A stretch of 64,000 bases of DNA from Isurus oxyrinchus (taxonomy: Eukaryota), in NCBI GenBank assembly GCA_026770705.1, contig JANJGN010000007.1, positions 88,536,001 through 88,600,000 on the forward strand. The letters run 5' to 3'. Every line of letters begins with the position of its first letter. The first letter of the stretch is position 1. Shown here in pieces: positions 25,240-37,232 of the stretch. A program made the position numbers and the translations under genes. The notes below the pieces were generated by a model. That model saw nothing but the letters and a program-made list of their open reading frames with translations, was not told where the DNA came from and ran no database searches.

Positions 25240-27680
25240 GCCCGGCTCAATTGTACTCTTTTCTGTGTCACCCAGCATGCCCCAGTGCAGCTTACTGAAG
25301 AATTATATTGCCATTTCTTCACTGTTGCTGTGTCAAAATCATGCAGCTCCCTCCCAATGCATTTAATGATGCCATTACCCATATAACAAATTTCTCTGGC
25401 CAAGTACTTTCTGAAAGCGAAGAGTTTGCTCTTGCGCATGGTTTCAATTTTGGTGTGCCTTCAACCCAAACGAAACGGGAAAAGGTATTTGCTGAGTTCA
25501 AACTTCTCCACTCCCAACCATCCTGTCACAAACCAGCGTCCGCTGAAGACGCTGAATCCTTAAAAGGGCGCCTAGCTGATCTAACGCACACATATTGTTT
25601 TGACTTTCACACGCAACGCTAATGTCTTACAGCGTTGTGAGGCCTTAAGACCAATCCTGACGTACACATCAGTAAACCTGACAAAAGGACGGAAATAGTC
25701 ATCCTTAATAAGCATGTCTAAAACAACAAAATGCACACCATTCTTAATGATAGGTCCAAATTCATATCCATTGGACCTGCGCTCAACATGACTGGACAGT
25801 CTTGCTCGAAAGTAAGATTAAAAAAATGCTTGCTGGACTTGGTGTAAGAGCGATGAGTTAACGCCTGGTATATATGACAGGGTTTGTCCTCACGGTTCGC
25901 TCTGTCTGCAGATGTATGGGCTGCCCAAGACACACAAAAGTGATGTCCCTTTAAGCCCTATTTTATCTATGACCGGTTGTACACAACATGAATTGGCCAA
26001 ATGGTTGGATGAATTGTTGCAACCAGTTTTGACCAAGTTTTCCACATGCATGGTGAAGGATTCCTTCACAATTCCGAAGGCCATACAGGACTTGCATATT
26101 GATAGCAGTGCTGTGTCCATGTGCTCATTTGACATTGTTAGCTTATTCACCAATATTACACTTAAGGAAGCCATAGATATTTGCGCTGCAGCACTATATC
26201 ATGGTGACCTAGACCTGCCACCATTATGTGAATCAGTATTCATTGAACTTATGAACTCGGCAACTCGCGCAGTTGAGTTCAGTTTTAATGATACCATGTT
26301 TGCCCGAGTAGATGGTATTGCTATGGGATCCCCTCTAGGCCCTTTGCTGGGTTCCATGAGAAACGAGTTTTCAATGGAATGACACTTAACCTTTTGCCCC
26401 TCGCACATTTCCGACATGTGGATGATATGTTTGCTATATTTAACTCTGCAGCTGCATGTAACAATTTGCTTACATGTCTTAATGAGCTCCATCCTGCGCT
26501 GAAATTCACCTTTGAAATGGAGCAGTCAAATGAACTCCCTTGATGTACTAGTTGAGAAATCTGCCAGGGGATTCTATACCACGGTCTACCTCAAGCCCAC
26601 CTTCACTGGTCAATAAACGTGTTGGGATTCTTACAGTTCCACACACTATAAGATTGCTGTTATCGGCAACCTTGTAAATAGGGTCTGAGCGATTTGCTCC
26701 CCATCCAAGCTTGATGCTGAAATAGGGCACATCAAAGGCACCTTGCAGAATAGTGGTTACCCTGATCAGATCACTTCGTGCTGTATATCACGCAAGTTCA
26801 TGAACGGGCCTAAGGCCCTGAAAATTGCCCAGTCTACCTCAGATTACCATGGAAGGGTAAGGTATCTCAAAAATTTAAGCAACAGGTGAAGCTCGCTGTT
26901 TCACGCTGTTACTATGCAGTAGCAACATGAGTGGTATTCGCCACTAACGGGATGCTGCTGTCAAGCCAAAAGACATTCTCCCTATCGCAGAAATGAGTAA
27001 TGTGGTATATGAATTTCAGTGCCATACTAGGTATGTAGCTGTACATCCCAAAGACTGGCGGATCATATCAAACAGCATGTCCCAGCTGCTGGTCACAACG
27101 GGCGAGGTACAAACCGTAGCCAACCAGCCTGTGCTTGCAAAACTCAAAACACAGTGTCCAACATTAGATGTGATTCCGCTATTGGACAACACTTGCTAAA
27201 TAATCCTTAGCGTGCTAAAAGTTACACTGACAACCAATTTAAGATTGTCAGTTGGGCTTGCAGTGTGGCGCATTGAAAGCTACATATATTAATACACAGG
27301 GCCCTGTTCTTTGCGTCAGAAAGAACATGTACACATATTGCACCAGTTTCAGCTAAACAAAACAAGTGACAGCCATTTGCTGACTCATTGTTCAGGGCAA
27401 TGTCTTGACCAATCAGGGTCAAGCTGCCTGGTTTAAATTTCAAACAATGCTTGGCAGTTAACTGTCAGCCATCATCACTGGTGCATTCCCCATGGCAACG
27501 CCTCTACTAATCAGAGTTCTCTTGCCAATCAATCAGCGCTCTCTTCACAAAGAGTATAAATTGTTGTTTCCCCCCTATATTGGTGTTCTTGTGAAGTGTC
27601 TTAATGAGTGCAAGACAAAAACCTTAAACATGTCTCTTTTTTCAGTAATACTCAAGTTCTGCACTACCAAACGACTATTC
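25240..27680 (+). mobile_element. Near full-length degraded Penelope-like retroelement, a second family (RT plus GIY-YIG)
   Basis: LSESEEFALAHGFNF, MYGLPKTHK..PL.PILS, SFDIVSLFTNI, GIAMGSPLGP, FRHVDD, HPALKFTFE, SNVVYEFQC; frameshifts and stops. Confidence 0.88.
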
Positions 27681-27815
27681 GTAGCATTGTGGGTGTACCT
27701 ACATCACATGGACTGCAGCGGTTCAAGAAGGCAACTCACCATCATCTTCTCACGGGCAGTTAGGGATGGGCAATAAATGCTGGCCTAGCCAGCAATACCT
27801 GCGTCCTGTGAAATA
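27680..27815 (+). mobile_element. 3' tail of the second CR1/L2-group LINE/SINE family
   Basis: ggactgcagcggttcaagaaggc..gggcaataaatgctggcctagccagc, the reverse complement of the tails at about 36175 and 55940. Confidence 0.7.
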
Positions 27816-28533
27816 ATTTTAAAAACTGTCAGATCTGGCTGCAGAGAGGCCTGTGAGTTCTTTGTTCAGCACATTTATAGGAGGGAGAGAGGTTAAATTG
27901 GTTCCTTGCCGCTTTCAGTAGATGATATAAGAGCTTCATGATATGATCAGAGATGGTTAATAGAAAGTACAATAAGAAGAGAGATGGGATATAGTCTCGA
28001 ACTCTGAGCCACTTTTCCTGTATCCCTGTCTGACATCCTCTACTGCTTCCCTCACTAAGGGATAGAATGCTCTCTCCTTACAGATTTGGGAGCAGCCGCC
28101 TGTTGCAGATTAGGAGTTATATCCTTCCACAGAATGTGCTCAAAATGTGAAACTCACTGGCTCAGGCAGTGGTTGAAGCAGATAGCATTGATGTACTTAA
28201 AGAAAGGCTTGATGCTCACATGAGGATGAAGGCAATAGAGGGATTTAGGGACATGCTGGGAAGAGGTTAGAGTACGAGGGGGCTTATGTAGAATATTAAA
28301 AAATATGCCCTTGTAAAGCAGTTGGTCCACATGGCCTGTTTCAGGCTATAGATTCTGTGTAATTGCAGCTATTATGCCAAAGAAAGCAGACAGAACCAAA
28401 AGATCTTTTGTTACTATGACATGCAGCAGTATACCATTTTTCACATCGAGCCCAAGCATGCAGTAGGCATCCATATGCCATCTAAGGCTTTTTGAGGTGT
28501 GTAAGATTGTAGACGAAGGAACACTTGCAGATG

Positions 28534-28637
28534 AAATAAAAACAGGAAATGCTGGAAAAACTCAGCAAGTCTGTTACCATCTGTGGAGAGGGAAAGAGAG
28601 TTAACGTTTCAGGTCAAGTTGACCTTTTATCAGAACT
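28534..28637 (-). mobile_element. PLE terminal-repeat fragment with hammerhead-like motif
   Basis: Reverse strand agttCTGATAAaaggtc..gacctGAAACGTTaact. Confidence 0.7.
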
Positions 28638-29307
28638 TTCTGCCATGCTGTTGACTCCACAGTTGCTTACTTGCTGATTTAATGGTCTGTGGGAAGCTCT
28701 CTTGCTTAAAAGAAGCTTTGCAACATAATCTAAACCCACTGTTTATGAAGCATTTCAGCTCTCGTATTTGCCAATGTCTTTTTTTATTTTCCCCATGCTT
28801 TTTGGGGCATTTTTATATTTGCTCCCAACCTTCACCGATATACATTTTCACAGGCCGTTCTTCCGTACCTTGCCCAAGTGGCCGTTCAGTGTGAGGCTAC
28901 GTAGTTAGTGTTAGCAAATTACCCAGCTTCACAGTCAGACCCCATCGTGCCCTCAGGTTCACTGCACAAATATAATTCCAGCAGGAACCTGCTGAAACAG
29001 GCTGCTGTACTCTTAGTAATAGGACCTGAGTTCCATTGTGATGAATCTACTAAAGATCAGAACGACTGGCTATGACCCTGAGATCTATCTGGTCTGTGAC
29101 GCTACTACTCACTGCTTTAACCAGTTCAGCCATGAAGGAAGCCCCATTTTATATCATTTATTTTGACCTGGAAAACAAAGCATCTGTATTTTTGTGAATT
29201 TTCAGTTATTCCTTCACTGTAGCGTTAATTTTGTCCACATCCTAATGCAACATTTTACAGCTCCTACCATTTATTCAGTTTTATTGATACAAATGTAATG
29301 CCAACTT

Positions 29308-29685
29308 GGCTGAGTGATCACTCTCCAGCCACTGAGTCAAGCATTTGTGGGTTTATGCTCCACTCCAGGATTACAGCACATCATCCAGGCTGATACTTCA
29401 GCGCAGCACTGAGGAAATGTTCTTGAGAAGAATAATAGGTCTGTTAACACCCACAGTGCAGAAACATCAAACCGAGGCTCCATCTACCAGGTGAACATAA
29501 AAATCCCATGGTGCTATTCGAAATATGACAGAAATTCTCCTGGTGTCCTGGCTGATACTTATCTCCTTGCTGCTTGTGGAATCTTGCTGTATGCAATTTA
29601 GCTGCTGCACTTTCCTAAAAGATAACTCTAGGTGCCTTGGTACATCCTGAGGTTGTGAAAGTTACCATATTAATACAAGTTCAAT
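29308..29685 (+). mobile_element. Deu-domain SINE (SacSINE1/AmnSINE-like)
   Basis: tRNA-like head, then aaaccgaggc..aaatcccatgg..ttctcctggtgtcctggc (Deu domain as recalled). Confidence 0.65.
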
Positions 29686-29944
29686 TAATGTATCCTGTTT
29701 ATTTAGCCCAATTTATTGAAAATTTTTGTTGCTGCAAACACACATCTCAGACTGTTTCCTTCTTCAGTACAGAAAAGTGTAGTGAAACATATAATCTTAT
29801 TCCACATATCCTCTATTAGCCAGTACTAAGCAGTTAATGGGATCATCACAGATTATAGACTCTATTCCAGGTTACATTGACATTGGGTTTTCCCTTTTAT
29901 GCTTAAACTATGTTTTTTTTTTCCCAGTCCCATCATTTTTTAAA

Positions 29945-30190
29945 CATTTATTCATTCATGGGATGAGTGTGTCACTGGCTAGGCAAGCATTTATTGTCCA
30001 TACCTAACTGCCCTTGAGAAGGTGGTGGTGAGTTGCCTTCTTGAACGCTACAGTCCATATGGTGTAGGTACACCCACAGTGCTGTTAAGAAGGGAGTTCC
30101 AGGATTTTGACCCAGTGACAGTGAAGGAACGGTGATATATTTCCAAGTCAGGATGATGTGTGACTTGGAGGGGAACTTGCAGATGGTGTT
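29945..30190 (-). mobile_element. LINE 3' end (second CR1/L2-group family)
   Basis: Near-identical to 36175-36400 and 55940-56150. Confidence 0.75.
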
Positions 30191-31529
30191 AGGGAAAAAA
30201 TATGGAAGATTGAATTAGATTGTAATGTTGGCTAGTCTGAGTGGTTTTAGTCACTCTATTTAAATTCTCCACCTATGAAGAAAGGCTGAAGCGAAGTCCT
30301 TCCCAAGTTTGAACATACGTTTGTTTCTTTGTTCTCATTTTACCCCACAATATGGCCTCAGTCCAAGGTGATTATTCAGATGGATCCTTATGTAATTGAT
30401 CTTAAGTAATACAGAACCTCCCTTGTTGTTGAGTAGTAAATATTCAAACAGCTTAAAAAGTGAAACAACAAATCCATTTTCCCCAATTTCATTTATATTT
30501 GAGTCTAGCGAAAGCAAGGACTTGATAGTCACATAACTCTTAACTATTATTTACTTTTATTCTAAGGCTTCTTGTTTTATCATTTTTATTTTTATATTTG
30601 GTAAGGATTTTAATAGCCTTGTGTCATTGTGAAATTCTGCAGAATCAGGAGCCCTTCATGTAATTCACCTTAGACTTAAGAGCAGTAAATCCTGTTAGTT
30701 GCCAGGATACAGATCTTCTAACAAGATAAGCAGATCTGGTATTGTTTTTAGCTGATCTGCTTCACCATTTGAAGAGTATGACATATATGTAACCAGGATT
30801 TGTTCTGTAAATGCATACAGGCAGTTCATTATAACATACATTTCAAATCATAATCTGTACTTAAAACACAAATTACAGGAAGAGAAATCACTCTGCATTA
30901 TAAAGATTTTATACATTTCAGCATTTACCTCATCGACTCAGTCAGCCTCCAGTCAGGTTGTGTTCTGGCGTAACCTAGATTGCATGATTTTTTAAAGTAA
31001 AGTACAATGTATCTTTCTCTTGCTGTGATTTTTGTTATTACCTCTCTTTGATCCATTTGCACTTTGTGATTGAGATTTATAACCTAAGATTAACTTTGGA
31101 CCATCCAAAAGAGGATATAGATGAGAAGGGATGGAAAACAAGCTAGCTAGTGAGACGAATGTGCAGTCTTCTAAATGACAATGGAACCTGTTTTATAATT
31201 GTTGCCTTTCTTAAGGAACTTTCACAGAGCTGTTGGAGAACTTGCCCAAGGCATCATGCATGAATTAGGCCACCACTGAGACTTTGAAACATCCTGTATC
31301 ACACGACAGCTATCATCACAACCAAATCAGGTCCTTGCCTTGCACATGGTCCATATGCAAATGAGTGGGGCCACTGGGTTAGGTGAAGAAGTGGGTTGCA
31401 GCTTTTCCCTCCCTTTCTCAACCCAGGAATGTGAAGGCCAGTTATGGCAGCCCCTGAGAACTTTCTTTTCTTGGTAACATAGGATCCTATCTTGCATGAT
31501 TTAATGTGTGTTAACAATGCACGGCATGT

Positions 31530-32220
31530 GGCACAGCCCTTGGGTAGACAGTGGCAGATGCAATTTAATGTGGGTGAGTGGAAGAAATGTATTTTGCGAG
31601 GAATGGTGTGTATATCCAATATACAGTCACTGAAGGGTGTGAATGCACAGAGAGATCCAGGGTTCAAAGACTTAACTCCCTTAAAGTTGGATTGCAGGCA
31701 GATATAGTCTGTAAAAAGACCAATCACATTTTGGTTTTATAAGTAGGGGCAGAGAGTACTAGGGTAAAAAGTAAATGATAAATTTGTGTAAATATGGGTT
31801 AAGCCATTTGGAGTACTGTGTGCAGTTTTGGGAGCCCCATTAAAGAAAGGACATTAAAGCCATAGAGAGCATTCAATGTAGATTCCATAGGATGTTGTAA
31901 AGGATTAAAAACTGTAGTTATAAGAAACCGTTTCCATGGAAGAAGAGAAGGCTAAGAGGACATTTAATAGAGAGTTTTAAAATTGTGAAGGACTTTCAAA
32001 GTGTGCATCAGGGAAAGATTATTTCTACAGGTTAGGGAGTCAGTGATGTTGGCTTATCAATTTATAATAATCAGTAAAAATGTGAGGAGGATTTAAGAGA
32101 AATTTCTTTACAGAAAGGGTCGTTAGGTCATGGAATGCTTTGCTATGGGGAGCAGATAAGTCAGAGACCATTGCTTCTTTCAAGAAAAAAAATTAAACAA
32201 AAAATTGAAATAGGAAGATA
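31530..32220 (+). mobile_element. Degraded CR1 3' portion, resuming at about 35730 after the Harbinger insertion
   Basis: QWQMQFNVGEWK peptide, tggagtactgtgtgcagttttgg motif. Confidence 0.7.
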
Positions 32221-32223
32221 AGA

Positions 32224-35200
32224 GGGCGGAGTTGTCTGTGCCCGCTGGTGTCGGGGGTATTCGGTGGCGTGAGCAGACAATATGGTGAGAAGGCCAAAAA
32301 TCAGTTTCACGACCTTGTGAAACCAGTTTGCAATCGTCCCCGTTCCCTGCCATCGAACATCGGGAACCTTATTGTAATACATCAGCATATCATTATAAGG
32401 CCAGCCCACCAGACTCAAATCCCAACCCCCCCCCGCCCACTGAATTGTCTGCCCATGTCAGCGGGAAAACACATCCGGACACAGCTCACCTTGTTAGGTG
32501 TGAAGTAGGAACTTACTGACATGACCTTGCTCACATTGCGGACATCCGAGGAGCAGAAAATGCTGGAGCCCAACAGCAACGGCACACTGGAGGAACGTCA
32601 ATGGCATATTGGGTGGACTCCCATGGACTTGACTCTGCTGCAAAGCAGCTCACAGAAGTTGGAAAGTCACCGTTGATGTTCACAACGGATGATGGTTGAG
32701 GGGTGGGGAGAGGAAGCTCTAGAGTCGACTGGGAAAGGAAGAGGTGTCGGCGGGGTGAAGTTGGGAGGGGCGAATGAAGGTGTCAAGGGAGTGAGGTTGC
32801 GGGGGATAATGAAGGTGTCAGAGAAGGAGTATGAGTGGAGGAGGGGGTAACGGGAGAAGATGGAAACTGAGGAGGTAGGCTTAAGTCTGGGGGAGAAAGG
32901 AGTGCGGAGAGGGGAGGGAGTCCAGGGGGAGGAAGGAGTGTGGGGAGGGGAAGGAGTCCAGGGGGAGGAAGGAGTGCAGAGAGGGGAAGGGAGCAAGGGT
33001 GGGGGAAGGAGTAAAGCTGGAGGAAGAAGTAAGGGTGTCTGAGGGAGTCAGGAAGGGGGGAGTAAGGATGGAGAAAGAAGTGAAGCTGGACAAAGAGGAA
33101 AGAGTTGGAAGAGGGAAAGGACTAAGAATGGCGTAAGAAGTAAGGGTGTCCGAGGGAGTCAGGAATGGAGAGGGACTAAGTGGGGGTGGGAGGACAAAGG
33201 AGGGAAGAGGTCCTGAGTTAGGGGAAGGGGTTCTGGGAGGGTATGGGTCATGAAGAGGGGATGTCCAGGTAAACTTACAAGGGAGGGGTCTGATGGGTCC
33301 ATGATTGCCTCCTGGGGAGCGAACCGAGGGTGGGTATGGCATGAGAGAATGGTGAGGATGATCGAGGGCAGAGTGAGGTGGGAGGATGAGGGTGTGACGG
33401 TCGTGGTAGAAGGAACGGGTGAGGGTGGTTGGTGGGAATTTGGATGCAGACATGGACCCTGGGGATGGGAAGGAGGAGATCGGGGATGTTAATGTGGATG
33501 GGGGTGGGATTTTCGAGAAGGAAGGGAACGTGCAAATTCATCTGGACATCCCTGAAGGAAAAGGATTGTGGCTGGTAGGTCACGGAGGGGAGGTGGAAGG
33601 TAATCCTGGGGTGGGGGTGGGGGGGGGATTAACTGTGATGGGGAAAGGAAATGGGTGACTGGGGGAAAGTCAAACCGAATAGCACCATGCTGTCCAAATT
33701 GAAAGTGAAACGAGAGTTGTGATGGGCAAGATCAGGTGCTGCATGGGAGTGTCATCAGTGGGTGAGTGGAGATGCAGGTCGGTTCAGATGGACAACTGAA
33801 CGTGAACCCCAGCAGGCAGCATTCAAAATGCTCAGGACATTGAGATGAGTGTTTATGGGAAGGGTCTCTGTGCGTGGGAGAATGCATGCGTGAGACTCCG
33901 AAAGGCCCTGCCACACACATCCTTCTCTTTCCAGACTCACTCGTGAGCTGGCTGTACCCTCCGTGGTGACAGAGGACGAGGTTGAAGGGCTCACAAGCAA
34001 AGGGGACTCTGAGGGGGTGGACAGCCTCTGGGATTCCTGAGTGGTTGACCTAGGGGTGTCCAGTTGCTGCTGCTCCTCCCATCGGGTGCCCAAGAGCCCC
34101 AGTCTGACTTGTTGAATGTAAGGATCACCTGGAGGGGCGTTGAGGTGCCCTGTTTCCCTCTTGCGTCGCCACTGCAGGAACTCACCTATGGCTCCTTCGA
34201 TGGGAGTGCAGGTCTGCGTGCATCTCCATGTTCTGCTGGACCAGGGCCTTCTTCACATCCGCCACCTCCCCATGAGACCTCCATATGCGCATGTGTTGAC
34301 ACCACTTCATCAGAGAGCAGGTGGACACACTCCTCCGACTCGCATGCCACTCTGTTGAGGGCTTCCAACAGCTCTGCGTGATGTTCCCCTGCCTTCTGCT
34401 AACTCCCCACGATGAGTTGGAAGACTAAATCCAGAGGCTCGTCACCTGACTCGGACCTCATAAATGCTTCTTTCTCAGCAGTACTCCGAGTGCTGGGGAG
34501 CTCGGCTGAACCTGCTTCCTCCTGCTGTGGACACGTATCCGTGCGGTGACCACCAGATTGTGAACCTGAGCCTGCTCTAGATCTAGATCCCACCGAGGCG
34601 TGTGTCTCTGCGCTGGTGAAGGGTGTGGGTAGACAGGGTGATGGGTCTACCAGGCTGCTCATTTCCAGCTCTTCAGTGGAAGAGGTGTTCTCTTGGCCGG
34701 AGATGAGGACGTGGATGGAGCTGAGGGACTGCCTGGCTGAGGATGTCGGTCGCTTAGCAGAGCTCCCTGTGAACCAAAGTAGAGATAATTAGTACACGAC
34801 AGCAGAGTCAAAAGTAGGAGAGAGAGCGCACGCAAATGCATTGAGAGAGGGATGATGTGATGCAGGATCCTCACGCGGGTGTTCGCCACCGATCTCACCA
34901 TCACCACAGGCACGGTCCACATCCTCACCAGCCAGCATGATGGCCGCTCCTCAATGTGAGTGAGGGGCCTAATGTGGGCCAATCCACCCCTGGTCTGAGA
35001 CCTCTGCTGATGTGAGCAGGCTTCTCCTGCATGGAAACAGACGGAGGAAATGTGAGCAGGACACATGGCACTGCATGGAATGTTTGTGTAGTGAGCAGAG
35101 CCATAGACGGGATGAGGACACGAGCTTCAGAGGAATTGAGCCTGATGGTGATGTGAGGGTGTGTGTGAGAGTTAGTGATGTTGTCCCTTGAGTTGTGAGA

Positions 35201-35729
35201 TCCCTGGGGATGTGTGATGGGTTTGTGAGAGTGTGAGTTAAGAGTGATGAGAAGAGTGACTTACCTTGGTGGAATGGATGAAACCATCGTGTAGCGGCAA
35301 TGGATGACTGTCTTGCTTTGCAGGGCATTGGCGCTGACCACCGCTGCCACCGCCTCCCATGCTGGATTGGTTACTCAGCTGCCTATCCTGTGGCCAGAGC
35401 GGGGGTAGAGGACATCACGGCGGGCCTCCATGCATCACTAAACCCAGAGGCTGCAGTCTCCTTGCCTTTTGGGGTCATGTCTTCTGTGACGCAGTCGTGG
35501 GCTAGAAGCACTGAAAAATGTGCGCACGGCTGGTCTTGAAATATGGAGCCCGCTGCAAAACGGCAGCGAGGTGATGACGCGGTGGGTGAATGAGAGCCCG
35601 CCCGCCATGGAAATGGTGTGTTTCCTGGGAATGTATAATTAATGTGGTGGGTTTGGGACAATATACGGCGTGAAAATTTGCCATTGTGGTTGCTACCACA
35701 CATAGTGCAAATCTGGGATGATTCCGCCC
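32224..35729 (-). mobile_element. PIF/Harbinger transposon derivative (3.5 kb) carrying a Myb/SANT gene remnant
   Basis: Ends GGGCGGAGT / ATTCCGCCC; 3-bp flanks AGA/ACA; interrupts a CR1 tail. Confidence 0.75.
33990..35478 (-). pseudogene. Harbinger Myb/SANT-like DNA-binding protein gene, spliced and disrupted
   Basis: ATG at 35478 (MTPKGKETAASGFSDA), AWEAVAAVVSANALQSKTVIHCR, donor gtaagt at 35264, acceptor ttccatgcag near 35027, then EKPAH..SQTRGG..IRPLTHIEER; contains stops and frameshifts. 3' boundary approximate. Confidence 0.72.
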
Positions 35730-36174
35730 ACAGCATTATGGGGAGAGTGAACAGGTCATTGGTGTTACTAGTATGTTAATTAAACAATGACTTTCATCAG
35801 CGTATCTTAACAATATAAACAATATAATTAAGTACTTTGATCACATGTAAACAGGGAACAGCTGGGACATTGGGTGTTGGAATGGGAGGTAAGAGACTGA
35901 ATAAAGTCAATAAACTTACTTAGTAAAGAAAAGCTCTGTGTCTTGGCTTTAACTTCAGTGACTGGCTTGGTTTCTATTAACAATTGCGATTAGTTTAGAT
36001 TAATATGGTGCTTTTAGTGATTACAGTGATTAGTATTGGTTTGACCTAGTGAAAAGTTGACCCAAACATAATTGACCAGTGGACTCTTTCTGTGCTGCAA
36101 TGCTCTGTGGCTCTATTGGTGAAATTATAAGATTGTTCAATTTTTTTATTGCCATAGATTTTGACACTTATTTA

Positions 36175-37232
36175 TTCATTCATGGGATGTGGGCATCGCT
36201 GGCTAGGCATTCCAAACTGCCCTTGAGAAGGTGGTGGTGAGCTGCCTTCTTGAACTGCTGCAGTCCATGTGTTGTAGGTACACCCACAATGCTGTTAAGG
36301 AAGGAGTTACAAGATTTTGACTGAAAGACAGTGAAGGAATGATGATATATTTCGAAGTCAGAACGGTGAGCGGCTTGGGAACTTCTGGGTGGTGGTGTTC
36401 CTGTCTGCCACCCTTGTCCTTCTAGATGGTAGTGGTTGTGGGTTTGGAAAGTGATGTCTAAGGAATATTGGTGAATTCCTGCAGTGCATCTTGTAGATGG
36501 TACACACTGCTGCCATTGTGCGTAGGTGGTGAAGGGAGTGAATATTTGTGGATGGGATACCAATCAAGTGGGCTGCTTTGTCCTGGATGGTGTTGAGCTT
36601 CTTGAGTGTTGCTGAAGTTGCACTCATCCAGGGAAGTTGGGAGTATTCCATCACACTCCAGATTTGTGCCTTGTAGATGGTGGACATATTTGGGGAGTCA
36701 GGAGGTGAGTTACTTGCCGCAGGATTCCTAGCCTCTGACTCATTCTTGTAGCCACAGTATTTGTATAGGTAGTCCAGTTCAGTTTCTGGACAATGGTAAC
36801 CCCTAGGATGTTGATAGTGGGGATTCAACAAGGTTATTGCCATTGAATGTCAAAGGGTGATGGTTAGATATTGTGTTTTGGAGATGGTCATTGCCTGGCA
36901 CTTGTGTGGCATGAATGTTACTTGCCACTTGTCAAATCAAGCCTGGATATTGTCCAGGTCTTGCTGCATTTGGACATGAACTGCTTCAGTATCTGAGGAG
37001 TCACGAATAGTGCTGAATATTGTGAAATCACCAGCAAACATCCCCACTTCTGCCCTTATGCTGGAAGGAAGGTCATCGATGAAACAGCTGAAGATAGTTG
37101 GGCCTAGGACACTACCCTGAGGAACTCCTGCAATGATGTCCTGAAACTGAGATGATTAACCTCCAATAACCACAGCCACCTTCCTTTGTGCTAGGTATGA
37201 TTTCAACTAGCAGAAAGCTTTCCCTCTGATTC
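36175..37232 (-). mobile_element. LINE 3' portion (second CR1/L2-group family)
   Basis: IYKAQIWSVMEYS..LKKLNTIQDKAAHLIG..IHSLHHLRT; PQGSVLG motif near 37110. Confidence 0.85.

Noticed and set aside
32860-33660. Purine-rich repeats and Pro/Ser-rich ORFs as a coding region
   Set aside because: Low-complexity interior of the Harbinger element with no recognisable domain.
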